Source: Gammaproteobacteria bacterium (lineage in GTDB: Bacteria > Pseudomonadota > Gammaproteobacteria > UBA4575). Taken from it: a stretch of DNA of 64,000 nucleotides. The translations under genes and the position numbers were made by a program. Every line of letters begins with the position of its first letter. Positions within the stretch are counted from its first letter, which is position 1. The stretch is from NCBI GenBank assembly GCA_965220875.1, contig OZ244849.1, forward strand, positions 777,791 through 841,790. Reading direction: 5' to 3'. Under the pieces are notes generated by a model. It was not told the DNA's origin. It did no database searches and saw nothing but the letters and a program-made list of their open reading frames with translations. This document shows, one piece after another, positions 56,318-64,000 of this stretch.

Positions 56318-57592
56318 TCATTCAAATACCGCCCCTGGATTATCCAGGCTGTCGGAGCCTTCGAACTCGATAGAAGCCAGCTGCAGGGTCGTGGCGGCTT
56401 TCTCGATTCCACGGGTTTGTGAAGTCAGTGCGTCAATGGCGTCCTGTACGAGACGGTTGCCCGTATCATTCCCCGGGCCAATCATTTGGTCATAGGCTTC
56501 ACCCGCTTCTGCATTCTCGACCAGCGTGCGCATTGCTGACATGGTAGCGGCCAGTTGATCACGAAGGCTTTTGTCAACTTCAGCCGATGCCGCCGCAACA
56601 AGGTCAGAGAGGCTAGGCCCGGTTACCATCGTACCGTCAATGCGCCGGTACTCGCCCAGATAGATATTTTGGATGCCCAGTGCGCCGTAGTAATGGGAAT
56701 AATGTGTATTGTCGCTGAAGCAGTCATGCTCTTCTTCCGGGTCGTGCAACAGCAGCCCGAGCTGCATGCGCTCACCGGCAAGCTCCCCGTAAGACAGGCT
56801 GCCCATACCGGTGATGATGGTGGACAGGCCCGCTACGATAGTGCTGTTGAGCAAGTCTTCACGGGCTTTGCCGCCTGGCGCCCACTGGGAGACCATCCAC
56901 GCCAGGTCATCGACGAGCAGGCCCGTCACGGTTTTCAGATAGGCCGCGCGTCGTGTGCAGTTTTTCCATGAGCAGTTTTCCGGATCGAAGTCACTTGCCG
57001 GGCGTTTGCCCGAACCTGGTCCGGTTCCATTCAGGTCCTGACCCCAGAGCAGAAATTCGATGGCATGATAGCCGGTTGCCACATTCGCTTCCACGCCGCC
57101 CAGCTCATGCAGTGTGTCAGCCAGCAGCTCCTTGGTGATCGCATGGGCATCAACCAGGTTGCCGGAGATCGTAAAGCGGGTGTTGGCAATGACATTGGCC
57201 CTGAATGCAGGATTCCCTTCCGATGCTCCGCCGTAGCCTGATGCGACATAGTCAATCAGTCCCTCGTCAAGTGGCCAGGCATTGACCTTGCCTTCCCAGC
57301 CATCAACGATTGCATTGCCAAAGCGATAGACTTCACTTTGCACGTAGGGTATGCGTGCCGCCTTCCACGCGATGCGGGCGTGATGCAGGGTTTCCTCGGT
57401 CGGCTTGGCAATCAGTTGGTGGACGGCCTGCTGCAGATCAAGTGCGGTGATCAATGAATCCTCATACACGGCATGGGCCAGTACGGTATAGTGCTCCAGC
57501 ACTTCCTGCTTTTGTGGAGTTGCCAGCACCTGCATAGACAGGAGCAGCACGGCGCAAGCCAGGGATACTTTCACCATCGGGTTTTCAATCAT
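56318..57592 (-). CDS. Imelysin (peptidase M75 / IrpA-like) family periplasmic protein
   Basis: ATG 57592 with an AAGAGGA RBS. Signal peptide MIENPMVKVSLACAVLLLSMQVLA. Conserved imelysin motif GYHAIEFLLWGQD. Confidence 0.85.
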   Translation of the reverse strand: MIENPMVKVSLACAVLLLSMQVLATPQKQEVLEHYTVLAHAVYEDSLITALDLQQAVHQLIAKPTEETLHHARIAWKAARIPYVQSEVYRFGNAIVDGWEGKVNAWPLDEGLIDYVASGYGGASEGNPAFRANVIANTRFTISGNLVDAHAITKELLADTLHELGGVEANVATGYHAIEFLLWGQDLNGTGPGSGKRPASDFDPENCSWKNCTRRAAYLKTVTGLLVDDLAWMVSQWAPGGKAREDLLNSTIVAGLSTIITGMGSLSYGELAGERMQLGLLLHDPEEEHDCFSDNTHYSHYYGALGIQNIYLGEYRRIDGTMVTGPSLSDLVAAASAEVDKSLRDQLAATMSAMRTLVENAEAGEAYDQMIGPGNDTGNRLVQDAIDALTSQTRGIEKAATTLQLASIEFEGSDSLDNPGAVFE

Positions 57593-57614
57593 GGATTTAT
57601 CCTCTTGTTGGCTG

Positions 57615-58781
57615 TCAGAACTCGCTGGCCAGCTGGACCGTGACGATTTCAGCATCTTTGCCTGTTCCTCCGTCTGATGCACTGTAGTCGCCGTCAAAAG
57701 CACCTTCTATAGCCAGTGTGACCCCTTCCATCATCTCGGTTGAAAATCCAAGCATGAAACGTTCTTCAGGCAGTTCCAGGGCGAGTGCTTCATCCGTTTC
57801 CTGGTATCCAACGGCGATGGTCAAGGACTTGCCGGCCAGATCGAAGTCATAAGCCGCTTCGAGCATGTAGCTTCTTGGTTCGGCCCCGTCACCGTCAAAT
57901 TCCATTTCATGAGCTTCGAAGCCTTCAGAGGCACCCAGGTACTCCGCAAGGAATGACAGGCTGCCGAAACGCAACATGCCGCTTGCAGACCAGCCAGGTA
58001 CGCTGTCGTAATCTTCATCAACCTCAATGGTATCCTGTAGGCTGTCCGTATCACCGATGTTGCTGATGTAGGACACACTGACTGCAAATTCTGAATTCTC
58101 ATTTTCCGCTGCGAATCCGAGCATCGCACCCAGGTTTTCGAAGCGATCATCGCCGTTTTCGTCGCTGTCACCGTTGAATGCATAAATGGCCCCCTGAAAC
58201 CCGCCGGATTCAATGCCGAACTGCAGGGCGCTTTCCCTGGTTTCACCAAGCTCGAGGGTCATCGGGTCTGATATGAAATTGCTCTCGAAGGTGCCGAAGG
58301 GCACGAAATACTGGCCGGCAGTGAACGACCATGGACCGGCCGCCGGGCCTACCGTCATGGTGGCGACATCGACCTCTAAACCCGTATCATCTTCTTCATG
58401 CAGCAATACAACTTGGCCGCCCACCCAGTCGGTCACCTGGGCCGTCACTGCAAGTTCCATGGTTGCAAGGACGGCATCCGAGCTACTGTCTCCCTCATAC
58501 GTGTTTTCATAGGCAGCCTCAACTTCCAGCAGGCCACCGACTTTGACAGAATCGAACCAGCCTTTCTCCCGTTCGACTTGAACACCGTGTTCCATCAGTT
58601 TCGCAATTTGCCTGTCCTTCTCAATAATCACCTCGTCCTGTGTCGCGACACGGTCTTCGAGGTACTGTATACGCCTTTCCAGGTCAGCCAGTCGTTCAGC
58701 CACTGAATCCTGGGCATAGGCTGGCAAGTGCCAGAGTGACAGGATCATTCCTGTTACAATAAATCCCTTTAGCTGTTTCAT
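57615..58781 (-). CDS. Outer-membrane porin with an N-terminal coiled-coil (DcaP-like architecture)
   Basis: ATG 58781 with a GGAGG RBS at 7 nt. Signal peptide MKQLKGFIVTGMILSLWHLPAYA. About 60 aa of heptad coiled-coil follows (ERLADLERRIQYLEDRV...), then an acidic beta-barrel ending ...VQLASEF. Confidence 0.7.
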   Translation of the reverse strand: MKQLKGFIVTGMILSLWHLPAYAQDSVAERLADLERRIQYLEDRVATQDEVIIEKDRQIAKLMEHGVQVEREKGWFDSVKVGGLLEVEAAYENTYEGDSSSDAVLATMELAVTAQVTDWVGGQVVLLHEEDDTGLEVDVATMTVGPAAGPWSFTAGQYFVPFGTFESNFISDPMTLELGETRESALQFGIESGGFQGAIYAFNGDSDENGDDRFENLGAMLGFAAENENSEFAVSVSYISNIGDTDSLQDTIEVDEDYDSVPGWSASGMLRFGSLSFLAEYLGASEGFEAHEMEFDGDGAEPRSYMLEAAYDFDLAGKSLTIAVGYQETDEALALELPEERFMLGFSTEMMEGVTLAIEGAFDGDYSASDGGTGKDAEIVTVQLASEF

Positions 58782-58804
58782 CCAAAGCCTCCTTATGAGA
58801 TTAT

Positions 58805-58823
58805 ATGAATGATAATCATTATC
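58805..58823. promoter_or_regulatory. Fur box
   Basis: ATGAATGATAATCATTATC matches 16 of 19 positions of the GATAATGATAATCATTATC consensus, with the 3' 15 nt identical. It lies 24 bp upstream of the porin ATG on the minus strand and about 100 bp upstream of the divergent di-haem gene. Confidence 0.6.
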
Positions 58824-58925
58824 ATTCTCGAAAAGCAAATTATTTATGGTAGTAGTATCGTATAGTTATTGCTTATAGGCGGTATAGGCTGCTGATGGCA
58901 TGGTGTCGCTTGAATCCATATTGAT

Positions 58926-60428
58926 ATGTTATTCCGTACCGAATTAGACATCCTTTTGTTGGCTGGCCTGTTCTTATGTTTAGCGGGTGCCCTGGTCTCG
59001 GCAGCGTCTGCAAGTGAGCGACAGCGGGTCTTGGCCGTTATGCGGCCGACTGACAGCTTTCAGCGGCCCGAGCCTTATGAGCTTCGACCTGCAGGTGCAT
59101 CCACCGTATTCAAGCTGCTGAACCGGGACATCTTTTCCCATGCGTCTGCGAACATGCCATTTGAGCGTGAACTCGAATTCAAGGTCGGCAATGGCATCTT
59201 CAAAAAGGTTTGGGTTTCTTCTCCGAGTTCAACGCTTTCTTCAGACGGCATAGGCCCCCTGTTCAGTGCACGCAGCTGTCAGCGCTGTCATCTGAAGGAT
59301 GGCCGTGGTCAACCTCCAAGACTCGGTGAAACAGCAGGATCGATGGTCATGCAGCTGTCCATTCCACCCCAGAATACGCAGGAAAAAGCCGCGATTTGGG
59401 AACACCGTCTAAGTGTTGCTCCTGAACCTGTGTATGGCAGTCAGCTGCAAAGCTTTTCGGTCCAGGGGGTCCCCAGTGAAGGAGAATTCAAGGTCGCCTA
59501 TGAAGAAGTACTGGTTGTTCTGGATGATGGCGAAGTCGTTTCATTGCGCCGTCCAACGTATCGCTTCACCAACCTGCAGTACGGACCACTTCATCCCGAC
59601 GTGATGTTCTCGCCGCGTATTGCCCCCCCGATGATCGGCATGGGACTTCTGGAAGCCATCCCTGAGGCAGATATCGTCATGCATGCGGACCCGGAGGATT
59701 ACGATGGTGACGGAATCTCCGGCAAGGTCAGGCGGGTATGGAGCGATGAATCCGGCCAGGTAACAGTCGGGCGGTTCGGGTGGAAAGCGGGTCAGCCTAC
59801 GGTTGTGCAACAGGCTGCCGACGCATTCCTGGGTGACATGGGTATTTCAACCGCGCTCTACCCCGTTCCGCATGGCGATTGCACAGTAAAGCAGCCTGCA
59901 TGCAGAACTGCTCCCCACGGGGATGTGCCTGAAAAGGACGGTATCGAGGCAAGTTCCAGGGTATTTGACCTGCTGGTATTCTATGCGAGAAATCTTGGGG
60001 TTCCTGCCCGGCGCAACGTGGATGACCCTCAGGTACTGGAAGGGAAGCGCCTGTTCTATGAAGCGCGTTGTGTGGCTTGCCACGTGCCGAAATTTGTGAC
60101 CCGGCGGGATTCCATCGGTCTTGAGCAATCCTTCCAGCTAATCTGGCCATACACCGACCTGCTGTTGCATGACATGGGTGAAGGATTGGCAGATCATCGG
60201 CCTGAAGGCAATGCGAGTGGACGTGAATGGCGTACGCAACCGCTGTGGGGAATCGGGCTCACAGAAACAGTCAGTGGTCAGACATCGTTCCTCCACGACG
60301 GTCGTGCACGTACCCTGCTTGAGGCCATACTGTGGCATGGCGGTGAAGCCGAAGCGTCCAGGCTGCGCGTGATGGCGATGGGGCGCAAGGAACGTGAGGC
60401 ACTGCTTGCTTTCCTCAAATCGCTTTGA
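58926..60428 (+). CDS. Di-haem oxidoreductase / putative peroxidase (DUF1111, thiol oxidoreductase family)
   Basis: 500 aa with a signal peptide and two CxxCH haem motifs (CQRCH, CVACH). This family partners with imelysins. Confidence 0.85.
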   Translation: MLFRTELDILLLAGLFLCLAGALVSAASASERQRVLAVMRPTDSFQRPEPYELRPAGASTVFKLLNRDIFSHASANMPFERELEFKVGNGIFKKVWVSSPSSTLSSDGIGPLFSARSCQRCHLKDGRGQPPRLGETAGSMVMQLSIPPQNTQEKAAIWEHRLSVAPEPVYGSQLQSFSVQGVPSEGEFKVAYEEVLVVLDDGEVVSLRRPTYRFTNLQYGPLHPDVMFSPRIAPPMIGMGLLEAIPEADIVMHADPEDYDGDGISGKVRRVWSDESGQVTVGRFGWKAGQPTVVQQAADAFLGDMGISTALYPVPHGDCTVKQPACRTAPHGDVPEKDGIEASSRVFDLLVFYARNLGVPARRNVDDPQVLEGKRLFYEARCVACHVPKFVTRRDSIGLEQSFQLIWPYTDLLLHDMGEGLADHRPEGNASGREWRTQPLWGIGLTETVSGQTSFLHDGRARTLLEAILWHGGEAEASRLRVMAMGRKEREALLAFLKSL

Positions 60429-60928
60429 ACAGTCAGTGCAGATGAACCGCCCAATCCGGCCGGGGCTTCTGTTCAGGCTTGTGAATGCAGCGTAGGCCGA
60501 CGGATAGCCAACCGATCGGGGAAGAAGAGGATATGCGGACGAATGCTTCCCTGGTCCGGCAAATTGAGGCCACTGAGACCTGAATTTGTCGCAGCCCGCT
60601 ACTGGGACAACCATATAAATGTAGCAGTCTTTGCATGAATGATGTGCGGGTGAATCCGGTTACCTATCCATTTGCTCAGCATCACATATCGGTTTTGTAT
60701 ATCAACCTGCCCCAAACCGGACTGGGCGATAAATGACTGGCAAATTGTTTGGTCCGGATGCCTCCAATCGTGAACTTTCAGGAATTTCAGTCCTCTAATG
60801 ACTAGTACTGCAGTACTACCCGCTTCCCTCCCTAAGCGGGCATTTCAGACTTGGGTTTCCCAAACCCGGGTCCATCTCTTGCCCCGGTTTCTCCGTTTTA
60901 TTAACCGGGGCACCTTTTATTGTCGAGA

Positions 60929-61540
60929 TCAGACCCGCATCAGGGCTTTTGCAATCCATGCGGAAATTTTGGCCTGGGCCTGAGAAATGCCGGTTCGCTT
61001 GGTTGCGGAGAAAATCTGGGTGCCGGCATCAAATCCCTGCTGCTCAAGCTCAGAGGTGACTCTGGTAAGGGATTTGGCCATCGCGTTCCGGCTCAGCTTG
61101 TCAGCCTTGGTGAGCAGGACGTAGAGGGGCAACCGGTAATGCATGCTCCATCGAATCATGGTCCAGTCAATATCAGTAAGCGGATGGCGTATATCCATGG
61201 ACAGGACCAGTCCGCATAGTGCCTGGCGGTGTACCAGGTAGGATTCCATCAAGTTCTGCCAGCGCTGCTGTACCTTGGCTGGCGCCTTGGCATAGCCATA
61301 GCCAGGAAGGTCCACCAGTCTGGCATCACTGTCCAGGTTAAAAAAATTGACCACCTGGGTGCGTCCTGGGGTTTTGCTGGTCCGTGCCAGGCAGTTCTGC
61401 CCGCAGATGGCATTGATGGCGCTTGACTTGCCGGCATTGGAGCGCCCGCAAAAGGCGACTTCCGCACCGGTATCGGGTGGGAAATCCCGGGAGCTGCTGG
61501 CACTTTTCAAAAACCGTGCGTGTTCGAAGGGAATGTTCAT
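60929..61540 (-). CDS. engB: Ribosome biogenesis GTP-binding protein EngB/YihA
   Basis: Starts MNIPFEHARFLKSA...EVAFCGRSNAGKSS.... G1 to G4 motifs (DLPGYGY, TKADK). 203 aa from the internal ATG that aligns with the E. coli EngB start. Confidence 0.88.
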   Translation of the reverse strand: MNIPFEHARFLKSASSSRDFPPDTGAEVAFCGRSNAGKSSAINAICGQNCLARTSKTPGRTQVVNFFNLDSDARLVDLPGYGYAKAPAKVQQRWQNLMESYLVHRQALCGLVLSMDIRHPLTDIDWTMIRWSMHYRLPLYVLLTKADKLSRNAMAKSLTRVTSELEQQGFDAGTQIFSATKRTGISQAQAKISAWIAKALMRV

Positions 61541-61768
61541 TCCTAAATTTCGTCCCCTGTGTCCTGCTAAAGTGTACAGGTATACCCGGGCAGCAGGTGA
61601 GAGGACCTCCAAATATCGCCATATTTTTGGCGTTATTATATTTTGCGACTACACCTGCTTTTGTGGTATATATCCGCACTTTCGCGGATTCACGTTCCTG
61701 TGACAGGATCAGCCTTGGTGGGCAGGTTGCAATACTTGGCATTTATATTTGATAAAGGGGTTTGGCGC

Positions 61769-62395
61769 ATGAGGAAATTGTGTCTGCTGGCCATTTGCCT
61801 GGTATATGCAGCCTGTATCCAAGCAGGTGGTGACCCGGAAGCCGGCAAAGCAAAGTCGGCAACCTGTGTAGCATGCCATGGAATAAATGGAAACAGTATC
61901 AACCCTGCCTGGCCTAAGCTTGCTGGTCAGGGTGAGAAATATCTGGCTGAGCAGATCCAGATGTTCAGGGACAGGATTCGTGTCAATGTCTTGATGAATA
62001 CTCAGGTACAGAACCTTTCTGACCAGGATATTCTGGATGTGGCTGCCTACTATGCGCGTCAGACGCCCGAGCCGGGGTATGCTGATTCAGACAAGGAGTT
62101 TCAGGGCGAGAAACTGTACAAGATCGGTGAAAGGATCTATCGCGGTGGCAATGCAGGCTCAGGCGTGCCTGCCTGCATGTCCTGCCATGGCCCCAATGGT
62201 CTTGGCAATGCGCCGGCGAAATTTCCACGCCTTGCTGGCCAGCATGCGGTCTATGTTGCGACCCAGTTGCGGGCATACCGCAGCGGTGCGCGGTTCCAGC
62301 CGGATGACAACCTGAACTCGATGGCAGGCATCGTCAGCTACATGACAGAGACAGAGATCGATGCGGTTGCAGAGTACATTGCCGGATTGCGTTGA
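61769..62395 (+). CDS. Cytochrome c4 (di-haem)
   Basis: Signal peptide MRKLCLLAICLVYAACIQA. Two CxxCH motifs (CVACH, CMSCH) in about 208 aa. Occupies the engB-cc4-dsbA position seen in pseudomonads. Confidence 0.88.
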   Translation: MRKLCLLAICLVYAACIQAGGDPEAGKAKSATCVACHGINGNSINPAWPKLAGQGEKYLAEQIQMFRDRIRVNVLMNTQVQNLSDQDILDVAAYYARQTPEPGYADSDKEFQGEKLYKIGERIYRGGNAGSGVPACMSCHGPNGLGNAPAKFPRLAGQHAVYVATQLRAYRSGARFQPDDNLNSMAGIVSYMTETEIDAVAEYIAGLR

Positions 62396-62411
62396 GCCTG
62401 GCTGCAGAAAT

Positions 62412-63068
62412 GTGATCGTTCCAAACCGGATTCGCCTCGTAATTGCCCCGCTTCTGGGATTGACCCTTTGGGCATGGCTGGCCACGCTCCCTGCACTCAG
62501 TTCTGAAGCGGAGTTCGAAGAAGGCATCCACTATCACGTGATCCAGCCTGCCATACCGGTAGAATCCGGTCCAGGCGAGGTGGTGGTGCTGGAATTGTTC
62601 TGGTATGGATGCCCGCATTGTTACAACTTCGAAAGTTATCTGGACGAATGGAAGCAGAACAAGGCAGATCATGTGAAGTTCGTAAAAATGCACGTCGCAA
62701 TGAACCGAAGCTGGGTGCCTCATGCCCGAATGTATTACGCGCTGGAGAAGATGGGGGAGGTAGACAGAATGCACCCGCTGATCTTCGAGGCCATGCATGT
62801 GCAGGGCAGGCATTTGCGGGATGTGATGTCGATGTCACGGTTTCTGAGTCAACACGGAATAGATACCGAGGCGTTTGAAAATGCCTATGATTCCTCATAT
62901 GTGAATGAAAGGATGCAGCACTCCAGCCAGTTCGTTCGAGCCTCGAAGGCAAGTTCCGTTCCGACCGTGGTCATCAACGGTAAATACCGTTCCACGGCAA
63001 GTGCCGCTGGCGGTTATGACCTGCTGCTGTATTTGACGGATGATCTCGTACAGCGCGAGATGAACTAG
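62412..63068 (+). CDS. dsbA: Thiol:disulfide interchange protein DsbA
   Basis: CPHC active site (..LFWYGCPHCYNFE..). GTG 62412 gives a signal peptide, (V)IVPNRIRLVIAPLLGLTLWAWLATLPALS, and a product of about 218 aa. ATG 62361 would overlap the cytochrome c4 gene by 35 nt. Confidence 0.85.
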   Translation: MIVPNRIRLVIAPLLGLTLWAWLATLPALSSEAEFEEGIHYHVIQPAIPVESGPGEVVVLELFWYGCPHCYNFESYLDEWKQNKADHVKFVKMHVAMNRSWVPHARMYYALEKMGEVDRMHPLIFEAMHVQGRHLRDVMSMSRFLSQHGIDTEAFENAYDSSYVNERMQHSSQFVRASKASSVPTVVINGKYRSTASAAGGYDLLLYLTDDLVQREMN

Positions 63069-63203
63069 CCTGCACCTGAACGGCGTGCCGGTACGGTCGC
63101 GCCAGCCCTGTTTCGGGTTTGCCCATACCCTGTCAGTCGGTTCTAACCCGTATGGCAATAATGTATGATGGCATGCGGCCTGCAGTGAATACATGAGGGA
63201 CTC

Positions 63204-64000
63204 ATTATCGCTACTGATTCACCCGGCGAGAACGTAAACGTTCGCTATCAGCCTGACGAAACACCCCCTGCTGCGCTGGCGTGCGGTCTGGGTCTGCAGC
63301 TTGCGATTCTCTGCATATCCGGAATTGTCCTCACTCCTGCGATCATCGTTCGGGCAGCAGGCGGAAGCGAGTCCTTCCTGTCCTGGGCAGTATTTGCAGC
63401 CGTGGCGGTGAGCGGTGTCAGCACGATCTTGCAGGCAGTTCGCGTAGGCCGCATCGGTGCCGGGTATGTACTGGTCATGGGCACTTCCGGAGCATTCATC
63501 GCGATCTGTGTCACAGCTATAGCCGAGGGCGGCCCAGCAATGCTTGCAACCTTGGTTGTGATTTCTGCATTGTTCCAGTTTGTGCTTTCTACCAGGCTTT
63601 CGCTTTTTCGCAGAATCCTGACACCAGCTGTCGCAGGGACGGTTATCATGCTGATTCCAGTCACCGTGATGCCCATCATTTTCGGGTTTCTGAAGGATGT
63701 TCCAGCCGGAGCCTCGGGTCTGGCTTCTCCGTTGAGTGCACTGGCGACCGTACTGGTTATTGTCCTGATTGCACTCAAGGCGCAGGGTGTCCTGCGTCTC
63801 TGGGCGCCCGTGATAGGTGTGATTGCCGGTTCTTTAGTTGCCGGTTATTTTGGCCTGTATGACATGGAGCGCGTTCTTGATGCTTCGTGGATCGGCTTCC
63901 CGGAGGGTGTTGCATGGCCAGGTCTTGATCTGAGTTTTGGGCCAGCTTTCTGGGCGCTTCTTCCCGCATTCGTATTTGTGACCTTGGTCGGTGCCATCGA
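63204..64000 (+). CDS. Polytopic transporter (nucleobase:cation symporter-2 / xanthine-uracil permease-like), 3'-partial, with no canonical start codon
   Basis: An open frame (frame 0) runs from the stop at 63186..63188 to the window end and encodes at least 7 TM helices (..LACGLGLQLAILCISGIVLTPAIIV.., ..LVVISALFQFVLSTRLSLFRRILTPAVAGTVIMLIPV..). The first ATG, GTG or TTG in frame occurs only after the first TM helix, so the start may be ATT/ATC near 63204 or the frame may be disrupted. The listed ORF 63281..63862 is in another frame and is Cys/Arg-rich junk. Confidence 0.45.
   Translation, partial: MIATDSPGENVNVRYQPDETPPAALACGLGLQLAILCISGIVLTPAIIVRAAGGSESFLSWAVFAAVAVSGVSTILQAVRVGRIGAGYVLVMGTSGAFIAICVTAIAEGGPAMLATLVVISALFQFVLSTRLSLFRRILTPAVAGTVIMLIPVTVMPIIFGFLKDVPAGASGLASPLSALATVLVIVLIALKAQGVLRLWAPVIGVIAGSLVAGYFGLYDMERVLDASWIGFPEGVAWPGLDLSFGPAFWALLPAFVFVTLVGAI

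Noticed and set aside
60798-60983. A 61-aa ORF inside the hairpin-rich non-coding gap, overlapping the engB 3' end
   Set aside because: It has no RBS and runs through palindromic hairpin sequence and into the convergent engB coding region. It is unlikely to be translated.
63281-63862. A 193-aa Cys/Arg/His-rich ORF near the window end
   Set aside because: It is the wrong frame. The zero frame over the same DNA encodes a coherent multi-TM permease.
1-64000. CRISPR arrays, tRNA/rRNA genes, IS elements and prophage genes
   Set aside because: No spaced direct repeats, no tRNA-like GTTCRA T-loops in intergenic regions, no transposase or phage structural ORFs were seen. The larger intergenic gaps (4695..5036, 13991..14245, 14438..14697, 56075..56317, 60429..60928) contain only promoters and hairpins.

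Overview
This 64 kb window reads as a gammaproteobacterial chromosome, about 58% GC, densely coded on both strands. It is mostly conserved housekeeping synteny with several accessory-looking inserts. From the 5' end it contains:

1. A phosphate-starvation (Pho) island: a partial LpxH-family metallophosphoesterase, a PAP2 lipid phosphatase, a DUF3859-like secreted protein, a secreted beta-propeller phytase-like protein, an OprO/OprP-type phosphate porin, phoB-phoR, the long Pseudomonas-type pstS-pstC-pstA-pstB-phoU, and Pho-box-like repeats upstream of pstS.
2. A small lipoprotein, then gmk-rpoZ-spoT-ridA-recG, with an unusually long rpoZ.
3. On the minus strand, chuS-hemC-hemD-hemX-hemY followed 66 bp later by a tightly coupled 10-gene Mrp/Mbh-like cation:proton antiporter module cluster. 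Its gene order is E-F-G-B'(DUF4040)-B-C-D-D-(84 aa)-D/A, giving three NuoL/M/N-like subunits.
4. argH, a carboxylesterase, lptM-lysA-(SAM methyltransferase)-dapF-DUF484-xerC, hslVU, a DUF971 protein, ubiE-ubiJ-ubiB-uvrD, a TRAP transporter (dctP convergent with thrB-dctQ-dctM), and polA.
5. A Fur-box-centred iron unit: a coiled-coil porin plus imelysin, divergent from a di-haem DUF1111 oxidoreductase.
6. A 500 bp hairpin-rich non-coding gap, engB, cytochrome c4-dsbA, and a partial permease that has no canonical start codon.

No rRNA, tRNA, CRISPR array, IS element or prophage was recognisable. All functional calls rest on by-eye motif and family recognition of the translated ORFs and on gene order. 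No database search was run.
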